Positions 19,061 to 27,759 of a DNA stretch of 32,000 bases are shown here, piece after piece. The stretch comes from Candidatus Altimarinota bacterium. Lineage in GTDB: Bacteria; Patescibacteriota; Gracilibacteria; UBA1369. The translations under genes were made by a program, and so were the position numbers. The stretch covers positions 60,001 to 92,000 of the forward strand of contig JBAZYK010000003.1 of assembly GCA_041659405.1 (NCBI GenBank), given 5' to 3'. The notes below the pieces were generated by a model. That model saw only the letters and a program-made list of their open reading frames with translations, ran no database searches and was not told where the DNA came from. Numbering within the stretch: the stretch's first letter is position 1; each line of letters begins with the position of its first letter.

Positions 19061-19804
19061 ATGGCAAAACCTCCATTTAACAGAAAAGGCCAAGCTCCAA
19101 TGCGCGAAGTAAAAGAGTTCGAAGAAGAGGTAATACAAATCGATCGTGTAACTCGCGTAGTTAAAGGAGGCCGCAGACTTCGTTTCCGCGCTACCGTTGT
19201 AATTGGTAACCGCAAAGGCAAAGTTGGCGTTGGTATCGGTAAATCAACTGAAGTTCAAGGCGCAATCAAAAAAGCTATCGCTCAAGCAAAGAAATCCCTG
19301 ATCGAAGTGCCAATGATTGGTCAAACCATTCCTCATCGTGTTGAGATGAAATTCAAGAGCGCTAAACTTATTATTATGCCAGCTCGTCCAGGTACTGGTA
19401 TCATTGCCGGTGGACCACTACGCAAGGTAATTGAACTTTCCGGAGTTAAAGATATTTTGAGCAAATGTTTAGGTGCAAAAAATCGTTTGAATAACAGCCA
19501 GGCGGCCATCAACGCTTTAGCGGAACTTAGAACAATGCCTTGGTTAAAGAAAAAAGTTGCTACTCCTGTTGCAGTCGCTCCAGGCGCACATGTCGCTCCA
19601 GTTGCACACGCTGTTCCAGGGACACACGTAAACACAGCTGCACACACAACTCCTGCACACGCCGCTCCGGTTGCACGCACTGCTCCAGTCGCACACACAA
19701 CTCCGGCACACGCTGCTCCAACTACACATCACGCTCCAGCTCCAGCTGCACATCCAGCTCCTAAAGCTCCTGTAGCTGATCCAGCTAAGAAAACTCAAGA
19801 GTAA
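19061..19804 (+). CDS. rpsE: 30S ribosomal protein S5 (uS5) with long Ala/His/Pro/Thr C-terminal extension
   Basis: IQIDRVTRVVKGGRRLRFRATVVIGNRKGKVGVGIGKSTEV; tail VAHTTPAHAAP-type repeats. Confidence 0.97.
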   Translation: MAKPPFNRKGQAPMREVKEFEEEVIQIDRVTRVVKGGRRLRFRATVVIGNRKGKVGVGIGKSTEVQGAIKKAIAQAKKSLIEVPMIGQTIPHRVEMKFKSAKLIIMPARPGTGIIAGGPLRKVIELSGVKDILSKCLGAKNRLNNSQAAINALAELRTMPWLKKKVATPVAVAPGAHVAPVAHAVPGTHVNTAAHTTPAHAAPVARTAPVAHTTPAHAAPTTHHAPAPAAHPAPKAPVADPAKKTQE

Positions 19805-19840
19805 TAAAATCTATTTAATCTAATGTAACGCATAATTCCA

Positions 19841-20326
19841 ATGGACAAATTACAAAATTTAAAAAGCAACCCAGGTGCCCGCAAGAAAAGGAAAACTGTC
19901 GGTCGCGGCAATGGATCCGGACATGGATCTTATTCAACTCGCGGTGGCAAAGGTCAAACTGCCCGCTCCGGTAGTGGCTACAAACCCGGCTTTGAAGGTG
20001 GTCAAACTCCACTTTATCGCAAGATGCCAAAATTGAAAGGCTTCAACAACATCAACCACGTTGAATATCAGGTGGTAAATGTTGAAAGTCTAAATCTTTT
20101 TGACGACAACGAAGAAATCAATGTAGTTAAACTCTACGAGAAAAAACTCATCAGCCACAAAGACCGACCTGTTAAAATTCTTGGTGATGGTGAACTTACT
20201 AAAAAACTTACAGTTAAAGTAGATCGTGTTTCCTCATCTGCAAAAGAAAAAATCGAAAAAGCAAAAGGCACGGTTCACGAACTTATGAAAAAAGAAGTAA
20301 AGGAAGATAAAGAAGAAAAAAAGTAA
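19841..20326 (+). CDS. rplO: 50S ribosomal protein L15 (uL15)
   Basis: MDKLQNLKSNPGARKKRKTVGRGNGSGHGSYSTRGGKGQTARSG. Confidence 0.97.
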   Translation: MDKLQNLKSNPGARKKRKTVGRGNGSGHGSYSTRGGKGQTARSGSGYKPGFEGGQTPLYRKMPKLKGFNNINHVEYQVVNVESLNLFDDNEEINVVKLYEKKLISHKDRPVKILGDGELTKKLTVKVDRVSSSAKEKIEKAKGTVHELMKKEVKEDKEEKK

Positions 20327-20388
20327 AACAGGATTACGCCTCGCAAATCATTTCAAATCCTGCCTCCTAAATCCTAAATCCAAAAAAA

Positions 20389-21687
20389 ATGTATAAGTAC
20401 TTCGAACAAATCTGGAATTCCAAGGATCTTCGTTCCAAGATCCTTTTTACGATATTAATTCTGGTTGGATACCGCCTGATGGGCCAAATCACAATTCCCG
20501 GAGCAAACATTGAAGCTTTGCAGGTAATCTTCGCCAAGAATCAACTTCTGGGTATGTTCAGCTTATTAACTGGTGGAAGTGCTCACAATTTCTCCATCCT
20601 ATTAATGGGTCTTTCTCCTTACATCAATGCTTCAATCATCATGCAGCTTTTGACAGTTATCATTCCAAAGCTGGAAACCATGAGTAAAGAAGGTCAACAG
20701 GGCTCACGTAAAATCGCCCAATATACACGTTGGCTCACTTTACCTTTAGCGTTCATCCAATCTTATGGAATGATTTTACTTTTGAACTCTCAATCCCCTG
20801 TTCCAATTTTACAAAATCTCACTAATCCGGCAGTCATTTTGCCGGTTATGTTAACGGTAACTACTGGAAGCTTGCTCTTAATGTGGATGAGCGAACTTAT
20901 TACAGAACATGGAATCAGCAACGGAAGCTCACTGATCATCTTTGCAGGTATCATTGCCGGTATCCCTGAAGTGATTGGTCAAAGCATGGCACTATCTCAA
21001 CAATCAGCAGACAAATTGATTCCTTTTGTAATTATGATTTTAATTACATTGGTATTAACAATAGCAGTTATCCTTATAACAGAAGGTCAGCGCAATATTC
21101 CTGTTAGTTATGCCGGAAGAGGCGTTCGTGGCGCAAGTGAACATTCCAGTTTGCCAATCCGCATCAATCAAGCCGGAATGGTTCCAATTATCTTTGCTGT
21201 TTCTTTGATCAGTTTCCCTGGAATCGTAGCTCAATTTTTACAAAATTCGACAGTTGGCTGGTTAAAAGACACGGCCAGCTTTATTAATCTTTATTTCCAA
21301 TCAAGTGGGATTCCTTATCTTATCGCCTATTTTGTTTTAGTAATCGCCTTCACTTTCTTCTATGTGGGCATTACCTTCAATCCTGAACAGGTCGCGGAAA
21401 ACATCCAAAAACGCGGTGGTTATATTCCGGGCATCAGACCGGGCAAACAAACTTCCGAATATCTTGGTAAAATTTCCAATCATCTTAATTTATTTGGAGG
21501 TCTATTCATCGCTTTCATTGCCATTTCTCCAATTTTGATTCAGCTCATGTCCAGTCGTCTTTCTTTTGGAAGCGTACCAACACTCATTACCGGTGCCGGA
21601 CTAATCATCATCGTTGGTGTTGTTCTGGAAATCATCCGTTCAGTCAACGCACAATTGGTAATGCATGATTACAATAAACTATACTAA
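20389..21687 (+). CDS. secY: Preprotein translocase subunit SecY
   Basis: 10-TM protein, 432 aa, FFYVGITFNPEQVAENIQKRGGYIPGIRPGKQTSEYL. Confidence 0.97.
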   Translation: MYKYFEQIWNSKDLRSKILFTILILVGYRLMGQITIPGANIEALQVIFAKNQLLGMFSLLTGGSAHNFSILLMGLSPYINASIIMQLLTVIIPKLETMSKEGQQGSRKIAQYTRWLTLPLAFIQSYGMILLLNSQSPVPILQNLTNPAVILPVMLTVTTGSLLLMWMSELITEHGISNGSSLIIFAGIIAGIPEVIGQSMALSQQSADKLIPFVIMILITLVLTIAVILITEGQRNIPVSYAGRGVRGASEHSSLPIRINQAGMVPIIFAVSLISFPGIVAQFLQNSTVGWLKDTASFINLYFQSSGIPYLIAYFVLVIAFTFFYVGITFNPEQVAENIQKRGGYIPGIRPGKQTSEYLGKISNHLNLFGGLFIAFIAISPILIQLMSSRLSFGSVPTLITGAGLIIIVGVVLEIIRSVNAQLVMHDYNKLY

Positions 21688-21690
21688 TAG

Positions 21691-21770
21691 AATTTAGGTT
21701 GGAATGCATGCTCTTCATGCACAGGGCCCCTACCCCGGATGCATTCAGATCACACATTCCAACCTAAATT
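21691..21770 (-). repeat. Long-hairpin element copy 5, inverted orientation (upstream of adk)
   Basis: AATTTAGGTTGGAATG / CATTCCAACCTAAATT; apical block reads CAGGGCCCCTACCCCGGATG on +, i.e. CATCCGGGGTAGGGGCCCTG on -. Confidence 0.92.
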
Positions 21771-21791
21771 CATATCATTAACTCAATTAAG

Positions 21792-22430
21792 GTGGATTTA
21801 GTTTTATTTGGAATTCAGGGCTCAGGGAAGGGTACGCTCGGCAAAGTACTCGCTGAAAAATATAATCTGCAGATTTTTGAAACAGGTTCCGCTTTAAGAA
21901 AACTTTCCCAGGAAACTACGCCACTTGCCCAAAAAGTTAAAAGCATTATTGAAGCCGGACATCTTGTTCCGACTGAAGTTGTCATGGAAATTATTGAAGA
22001 TTTCATGAATCACCTTCAACCGGGATCAAATGTTTTATTTGATGGAATTCCCAGAAAAATGGATCAGGCTGAAGCTTTTGATCAGCTCATGCAAAAACAC
22101 AACCGTAACTTTCTTGGACTTTTAATTGATGTATCTGAAGAAGTTGCGATTAAAAGACTTTCAACTCGCCGACTTTGCAAAAATTGCAAAACGGTTTTTC
22201 CTGCAACATACACACAAAACACCTGTGAAAAATGTGGAGGAGAATTGATTACCAGAACCGATGACAACCCGGAAAGTATCAAAATTCGTCTAAAGGCCTA
22301 TTTTGAAGAAACCATGCCGGTGATTGAAAATTACAAGAAAGGCAGTAAAATGATTTCGATTGATGGCACCGAAAATATTGAAAAAGTTCAGATTTTGGCT
22401 TTTGAAGCCCTTCAAGGAAAATTTAATTAA
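21792..22430 (+). CDS. adk: Adenylate kinase, GTG start
   Basis: LFGIQGSGKGTLGKVLAEKY; zinc-type LID CKNCKTVFPATYTQNTCEKCGGELITRTDDN. Confidence 0.95.
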   Translation: MDLVLFGIQGSGKGTLGKVLAEKYNLQIFETGSALRKLSQETTPLAQKVKSIIEAGHLVPTEVVMEIIEDFMNHLQPGSNVLFDGIPRKMDQAEAFDQLMQKHNRNFLGLLIDVSEEVAIKRLSTRRLCKNCKTVFPATYTQNTCEKCGGELITRTDDNPESIKIRLKAYFEETMPVIENYKKGSKMISIDGTENIEKVQILAFEALQGKFN

Positions 22431-22436
22431 TTTCTA

Positions 22437-23213
22437 ATGAAGATTTGGAAAGAAGGCAACCTGCGTATTGGCATTAAAGATTCACAGGAAATTCAAGCCA
22501 TGCGTGAAGGAGGCAAAATTTTAGGAATAATTTTACATGAACTTGAACAAATGGTGGTTCCCGGAATCACTCTTTTGGAGCTTGATAAAAAAGCCGCAGA
22601 GATGATGGCAAATCATCATGTTAAGCCATCTTTTTTAGGATATTACGGCTTTCCAAATGTACTTTGCATCAATGTAAATGATGTAGTCGTTCACGGAATC
22701 CCGGATAAAACCGAGTTACATGAAGGTGACATTGTAACAATCGATTGCGGCGTAATTCATAAGGATTTTCAGACCGATTCAGCAATTCAAAAAGGAGTTG
22801 GCAAAATCACTCCGGAACTCACCAAATTTTTAAACACCGCCCAAAAAGCTTTGGACAAAGCAATTGAAACTGCAAAACCGGGAATCCGCATTCGTACTAT
22901 TAGCGGAGTTATTCAGGATATTGTCGAAAAAAACGGTTATAGTGTTGTACGGGATTTAGTTGGTCATGGCATCGGACACAAAATGCACGAAGATCCACCG
23001 GTTCCAAATTTTCGTGATGAAGCTGGCCCAATGCTGCAAACCGGCATGACAATTGCCATTGAACCGATCATCTGCATGGGCAATCGCAAAGTTAAAACCT
23101 TGCGTGATGGCTGGACCATGGTAAGCGCAGACGGATCATATGCAACGCAGGTTGAGCACACCATTGCCATTACCCAAAAAGGAGCTGAAATTTTAACCAA
23201 AAGACCGGAATAA
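22437..23213 (+). CDS. map: Methionine aminopeptidase type I
   Basis: INVNDVVVHGIPD, VTIDCGV, DLVGHGIGHKMHEDP, TIEP-like motif. Confidence 0.97.
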   Translation: MKIWKEGNLRIGIKDSQEIQAMREGGKILGIILHELEQMVVPGITLLELDKKAAEMMANHHVKPSFLGYYGFPNVLCINVNDVVVHGIPDKTELHEGDIVTIDCGVIHKDFQTDSAIQKGVGKITPELTKFLNTAQKALDKAIETAKPGIRIRTISGVIQDIVEKNGYSVVRDLVGHGIGHKMHEDPPVPNFRDEAGPMLQTGMTIAIEPIICMGNRKVKTLRDGWTMVSADGSYATQVEHTIAITQKGAEILTKRPE

Positions 23214-23267
23214 AGAACAAGGCAAAAGGAACCTTCACAATCACTACAAAAAGCCCAAAAAATTCCC

Positions 23268-23296
23268 TTGCATTGTTAAAAAATGTCATGTAAAAT
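23268..23296 (+). promoter_or_regulatory. Sigma70-like promoter for infA
   Basis: TTGCAT (23268-23273) - 17 nt - TAAAAT (23291-23296). Confidence 0.6.
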
Positions 23297-23416
23297 CCTA
23301 ACGCTCTTTTGAATTTTTTTAGAGAGAAAACAGCATACCCAAGGCACGAAACGTAACGGAGTGTCGCACTAAAAAGGAATCGCAAAAGCGAAACCAATCA
23401 TGCCTAATCTGTACTT

Positions 23417-23734
23417 ATGGCCAAAGAGGTAATCGAACTGATGGGTGTAGTGGTAGAGGCGCTTCCAAACGCCACCTTCCGCGTTAAACTCACGGACGAA
23501 AGGTACCCAAATCATATCGTACTCGCCCACGTTTCAGGCAGAATGAGAATCAATTATATTCGAATTCTACCGGGCGATAAGGTCACTATTGAATTGACAC
23601 CATACGATTTGAACAAAGGAAGAATCATTTTCCGTCACAAGGAAGGTTCAAGAATGGAACAAACACCAAGTGTCACTGCTGAAACGAAAGTTGAACCAAG
23701 TCCCGAAGCTGTAAAAGAGCCTGAAAAAAACTAA
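23417..23734 (+). CDS. infA: Translation initiation factor IF-1 with C-terminal extension
   Basis: [16 protein letters not shown]...[41 protein letters not shown]. Confidence 0.95.
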   Translation: MAKEVIELMGVVVEALPNATFRVKLTDERYPNHIVLAHVSGRMRINYIRILPGDKVTIELTPYDLNKGRIIFRHKEGSRMEQTPSVTAETKVEPSPEAVKEPEKN

Positions 23735-23754
23735 ATATCGTTAATCCAACCATC

Positions 23755-23868
23755 ATGAAAGTTCGCTCATCTGTAAAAAAAATCTGTGATAAATGCAAAG
23801 TAATCCGCAGAAAAAACGTGGTTCGCGTGATCTGTATAACTAAAAAACATAAGCAACGACAGGGTTAA
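23755..23868 (+). CDS. rpmJ: 50S ribosomal protein L36 (bL36), missed by the ORF track because of length
   Basis: [37 protein letters not shown]. Confidence 0.95.
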   Translation: MKVRSSVKKICDKCKVIRRKNVVRVICITKKHKQRQG

Positions 23869-23885
23869 GAACTATAAAGGTAACT

Positions 23886-23965
23886 GTGTTCAGTTGTGGA
23901 ATGTTGGCTGAACATATCCGGGGCAGGGGCCCTGTGTGTGAAGACAATATCCCAGAACTGAACAC
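23886..23965 (+). repeat. Long-hairpin element copy 6 (upstream of rpsM)
   Basis: GTGTTCAGTT...AACTGAACAC around CATATCCGGGGCAGGGGCCCTGTGTG; less perfect outer stem. Confidence 0.85.
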
Positions 23966-23994
23966 AACTAATTACTAATTATTAATCATAAAAA

Positions 23995-24378
23995 ATGGCA
24001 ACAGTAGCTCGTATCTCAGGCGTTACTCTCCCTCAACAAAAAAGAGTTGAAATCGGTTTGATGGCTATTTATGGGGTAGGAAGAAGCCTTAGCAAGAAAA
24101 TTGTAAAAGAGGCCAACGTTAACCCTGATACTAGAGTTAAAGACTTAACTGAAGAAGAAGTCAGCCGCATTCGTGAAATTATCTCCAAGACATCAACAGA
24201 AGGTGATCTTCGTCGTAAAATTCAAATGGACATCAAGCGTCTTCAGGAAATCGGTTCATACCGTGGTTTCCGTCATCGCAAGGGTTTACCTGTTCGCGGT
24301 CAACGCACACGTTCCAATGCCCGCACCAGAAAAGGCAAGAAGAAGACAGTGGCTAACAAGAAGGTTGTTACTAAGTAG
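23995..24378 (+). CDS. rpsM: 30S ribosomal protein S13 (uS13)
   Basis: [36 protein letters not shown]...[28 protein letters not shown]. Confidence 0.97.
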   Translation: MATVARISGVTLPQQKRVEIGLMAIYGVGRSLSKKIVKEANVNPDTRVKDLTEEEVSRIREIISKTSTEGDLRRKIQMDIKRLQEIGSYRGFRHRKGLPVRGQRTRSNARTRKGKKKTVANKKVVTK

Positions 24379-24404
24379 TAACAAATATTAAAATCAAAGT
24401 TTGT

Positions 24405-24483
24405 GTTCAGATTGTGGAATATTGGCTGAACACAGCCGGGGTAGGGGCCCTGTGTGTGAAGACAATATTCCACAATCTGAACC
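24405..24483 (+). repeat. Long-hairpin element copy 7 (upstream of rpsK)
   Basis: GTTCAGATTGTGGAATATTG / CAATATTCCACAATCTGAAC (20 bp). Confidence 0.93.
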
Positions 24484-24507
24484 TACTAATTACTAATTAA
24501 CATAACC

Positions 24508-25002
24508 ATGGCAGACGAGAAGACCATAGACACAAAATCAGAGAAAGCAGAAAGCGCAAAAGCTTCCGAGGGTAAAGCTGAAACTAAAAAAACTGGTAAG
24601 CCGGAAGTAAAAGCTGTTAAATCCACCAAAGGCAAGAAAAAGGCAAAGCGTCGCCTTTTACAAGAAGGTAAAGCTTATATTCAGGCCAGTTATAACAACA
24701 CCATTGTTACAATTACAGATATGAATGGTGAAGTTATCGCTTGGAGCAGCGCCGGTTCAAATGGTTTTAAGGGTGCTAAAAAAGCGACTCCTTATGCAGC
24801 CCAGGTTTCTGCTGAAAATGCCATCACAAAAGCTAAAGTTTATGGTTTGGAACGAATTCATGTATTTATCAAAGGAGTAGGAACAGGCCGTGAACAATCC
24901 ATCCGTGGTTTACAAGCAGGTGGAGTGAATATTGAGTCAATAACTGATCTAACACCGGTTACACACAATGGTTGCCGTCCAAGAAAATCCCGAAGAGTAT
25001 AA
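24508..25002 (+). CDS. rpsK: 30S ribosomal protein S11 (uS11) with charged N-terminal extension
   Basis: GKAYIQASYNNTIVTITDMNGEVIAWSSAGSNGFKGAKKATPYAAQVSAE. Confidence 0.97.
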   Translation: MADEKTIDTKSEKAESAKASEGKAETKKTGKPEVKAVKSTKGKKKAKRRLLQEGKAYIQASYNNTIVTITDMNGEVIAWSSAGSNGFKGAKKATPYAAQVSAENAITKAKVYGLERIHVFIKGVGTGREQSIRGLQAGGVNIESITDLTPVTHNGCRPRKSRRV

Positions 25003-25054
25003 CATTATCCCACCAATCACTCATTACTAATTATTAATTACTAATTGAAAAAAA

Positions 25055-25666
25055 ATGTCTAGATATACTGGTCCAAAATGTCGTTTATGCCGCCGCGAAG
25101 GAGTTTCCTTATGCGGGAAGGAAAAATGCGCTCTAAAAAAGAAGAATTATATTCCAGGTATGCATGGCCCAAAAGGCAGTTTTGCAAAGAAATCTGAATA
25201 TGCTCGTCAACTTCGTGAAAAACAAAAGTTGAAGAGACTTTTTGGTATTACGGAACGCCAACTTTCCAACTATTTTGAAAAAGCCGGAAAAATGAAAGAT
25301 ATCACCGGTGATGCACTTTTAAAACTACTTGAATATCGTCTTGATAACGTAATTTATCGCTCCGGTATTGCTAAAACAAGAAACCAGGCTCGCCAAATGG
25401 TAAATCATGGATTATTCAAGGTGAATAACATCAAGATTAATATTCCTTCCCTTCAAATGAAGGCTGGCGACAAATTCGAAGCAATTGCCCGCATTAAAAA
25501 ATCAAAACTTTTTGCTGAAGTTGAAAAGCAAAAATATGCTCCTGCTAAATGGATCAAGGTTGATTACAAAACTTTAATGGGCGAAGTAACTCGTCCAATC
25601 GAAAAGGAAGAACTTGAAAGTATCATCCAAAGCAACTTAATCGTTGAGTTCTACTCCAAAGCGTAA
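25055..25666 (+). CDS. rpsD: 30S ribosomal protein S4 (uS4)
   Basis: MSRYTGPKCRLCRREGVSLCGKEKCALKKKNYIPGMHG...YRLDNVIYRSGIAKTRNQARQMVNHG. Confidence 0.97.
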   Translation: MSRYTGPKCRLCRREGVSLCGKEKCALKKKNYIPGMHGPKGSFAKKSEYARQLREKQKLKRLFGITERQLSNYFEKAGKMKDITGDALLKLLEYRLDNVIYRSGIAKTRNQARQMVNHGLFKVNNIKINIPSLQMKAGDKFEAIARIKKSKLFAEVEKQKYAPAKWIKVDYKTLMGEVTRPIEKEELESIIQSNLIVEFYSKA

Positions 25667-25691
25667 ATTTTAATTAAAAATTATAAAAACT

Positions 25692-25773
25692 GTGTTCGGA
25701 TTTCTGTACGTTTTCTGAGCACATCCGGGGTAGGGGCCCTGTGTGCGAAGGAAATGTACAGAAATCTGGACAC
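25692..25773 (+). repeat. Long-hairpin element copy 8 (upstream of rpoA)
   Basis: GTGTTCGGATTTCTGTAC / GTACAGAAATCTGGACAC (G-U compatible) around GCACA TCCGGGGTAGGGGCCCTG TGTGC. Confidence 0.92.
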
Positions 25774-25814
25774 TCAACCATTACTAATTACTAATTACTA
25801 ACCCCCTTTCTAGA

Positions 25815-26792
25815 ATGCATCAGATTCAAGAAGAAATCGGCATCCCAAAGATTAAAACTGAAAGAATCAGTAATAATCATGCGATTTTTACGGTTAGTCC
25901 ACTTCCACCCGGATATGGAATGACAGTTGGTAATTCTTTCCGCCGAGTACTTTTATCTTCTTTGCCTGGTTCATGTGTCACCGGGATCAAAATCGATGGT
26001 ATAAGTCATGAATATTCAACAATTAAAGGAGTAAAAGAAAGTGTATTGGATATCACTTTAAATTTGAAACTTTTACATATCAGAAAAACCACAAAAGAAC
26101 CTTCCATTTGCACATTACATATCACAAAAGAAGGTCCGGTTTATGCCAAAGATATCAAATGCCCAAGTGATGTTGAAGTTTTAAATGGCGATCAATATAT
26201 TACAACCGTTGAAAAGGGCTGCAAACTCAATGCGGAACTTCGTGTTGAAAAAGGTGTTGGTTATATTCCGGCTCATTACCGTGTAAAAGAAGAAGGCGCT
26301 GACCCTGCAATGATTGTTATTGATGCGATCTACTCACCGGTTAAAAAGGTTCGTTATGATGTGGAAGCAACTCGTGTAGGTCAAATGACCAACCTTGATA
26401 AATTGAGCATGGAAGTAATGACAGATGGCTCAATCACGCCAGAAGATGCTGTAAAATTCTCTTCCAATATTCTTCAATCTTACTTCAATCTTTTCAACCA
26501 GGAAAATGCCATGGTTGAAGCTGATTACATGTCAGATTTCAAGAAGATCGTTGAAAAAGAAAAAGCTGAAGAGAAAAACAAGCCGGCTCAGGAAAGTTAT
26601 ACTCCTATAGAAATCCTTGGTTTCTCACCAAGAACACTCAATGCTTTGATCAATGGTGGCATTGGTTCTATTGAACAATTATCAAAATGTACCGAAAGTA
26701 AATTGACTAATCTCCGTGGTTTTGGTAAAAAGGCACTCACAGAGGTAAAAAATGCCCTCAAAGCCAAAAATATGACTCTCTCTGAGGAATAA
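25815..26792 (+). CDS. rpoA: DNA-directed RNA polymerase subunit alpha
   Basis: PLPPGYGMTVGNSFRRVLLSSLPG; C-terminal SIEQLSKCTESKLTNLRGFGKKALTEVKNALK. Confidence 0.97.
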   Translation: MHQIQEEIGIPKIKTERISNNHAIFTVSPLPPGYGMTVGNSFRRVLLSSLPGSCVTGIKIDGISHEYSTIKGVKESVLDITLNLKLLHIRKTTKEPSICTLHITKEGPVYAKDIKCPSDVEVLNGDQYITTVEKGCKLNAELRVEKGVGYIPAHYRVKEEGADPAMIVIDAIYSPVKKVRYDVEATRVGQMTNLDKLSMEVMTDGSITPEDAVKFSSNILQSYFNLFNQENAMVEADYMSDFKKIVEKEKAEEKNKPAQESYTPIEILGFSPRTLNALINGGIGSIEQLSKCTESKLTNLRGFGKKALTEVKNALKAKNMTLSEE

Positions 26793-26806
26793 TAAGAAAT
26801 TACTGT

Positions 26807-26884
26807 GTTTGGATTGTGGAATGTTGGCTGAACACATCCGGGGTAGGGGCCCTGTGTGTGAAGACAATATTCCACAATCCAAAC
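26807..26884 (+). repeat. Long-hairpin element copy 9 (upstream of rplQ)
   Basis: GTTTGGATTGTGGAAT / ATTCCACAATCCAAAC around ACACATCCGGGGTAGGGGCCCTGTGTGT. Confidence 0.93.
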
Positions 26885-26914
26885 TGAAAAATATTAATCA
26901 TTAATTAAACTAAA

Positions 26915-27268
26915 GTGAGACATCAGAATTCACAGCCGAAACTTAGCCGTCCACGAGATGCACGTCGTTTGCTCCTTGGAAACCTGGCAACTTCTCTCAT
27001 CACTCATGAGAAAATCCAGACAACCAGAGCAAAGGCAAAAGCTGTTCAACCAATCGTTGACCGCCTAATCACAATTGCTAAAACCAAGGACAAGATGATT
27101 GCAATCCGTGAACTTAACCGCACTCTTCAAAGCGAACTCAGTTCAAAAAAAGTTATGGAAGAACTAACAAAGCGCTATGCGGAAAGACCAAGTGGTTTTA
27201 CCAGAATTACTCAAATTAAATTCCGTCCCGGTGACGCCGCGTTAATCGTCCAAATCGAATTGGTGTAA
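26915..27268 (+). CDS. rplQ: 50S ribosomal protein L17 (bL17), GTG start
   Basis: KLSRPRDARRLLLGNLATSLITHEKIQTTRAKAKAVQPIVDRLI. Confidence 0.95.
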   Translation: MRHQNSQPKLSRPRDARRLLLGNLATSLITHEKIQTTRAKAKAVQPIVDRLITIAKTKDKMIAIRELNRTLQSELSSKKVMEELTKRYAERPSGFTRITQIKFRPGDAALIVQIELV

Positions 27269-27327
27269 CAGCTTTGCTACGCAAAGCCAAAACTCATTGC
27301 TTATTACTAATTATTAATTACTCAGTC

Positions 27328-27759
27328 GTGAAAACTTATTCTCCAAAAATTGAAGACATCAAGCGCCAATGGTTTGTAGCTGATGTAAAAGGCAAAACAC
27401 TCGGCAAGGTTGCCACTAAAGTTGCCGATATCATCCGTGGAAAAAATAAACCAACTTATTCTCCTCATCTTGATTGTGGTGATTTTGTAGTCATCGTGAA
27501 CGTAGAGGAAATCAAATTAACAGGTAATAAACTTAAAGATAAAGTTTATAATCATCATACCCGCTACGCAAATGGTTTACGTTCAACTACTCCGGATGAA
27601 TTAATCCGCGTTGGTAAGGCGGAACGAATTCTTTTCCATGCAGTTGCCGGAATGATTCCTCAATCCAAACTCAAGAAGGACATTTTAAGAAAACTAAAGA
27701 TTTTTACCGGAGCAGAACACAAACATTCCGCCCAGGAACCTAAAGTTTTAGATCTATAA
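27328..27759 (+). CDS. rplM: 50S ribosomal protein L13 (uL13), GTG start
   Basis: RQWFVADVKGKTLGKVATKVADIIRGKNKPTYSPHLDCGDFVVIVN; ORF-track start at 27274 is too early. Confidence 0.95.
   Translation: MKTYSPKIEDIKRQWFVADVKGKTLGKVATKVADIIRGKNKPTYSPHLDCGDFVVIVNVEEIKLTGNKLKDKVYNHHTRYANGLRSTTPDELIRVGKAERILFHAVAGMIPQSKLKKDILRKLKIFTGAEHKHSAQEPKVLDL

Noticed and set aside
19540-19764. Cys/Ser/Arg-rich ORF MVKEKSCYSCCSRSRRTCRSS
   Set aside because: Alternative frame of the repetitive S5 tail.
26597-26875. Reverse-strand ORFs sharing the peptide SSHTGPLPRxCSANIPQ (also 13517-13870, 26682-26882, 9318-9602)
   Set aside because: The shared peptide is the translation of the long-hairpin element antisense to real genes; ORFs cover the ends of known ribosomal genes and are not a protein family.
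5999-26884. CRISPR array interpretation of the repeated elements
   Set aside because: Copies are separated by whole genes with no short regular spacers, and no cas genes are visible.
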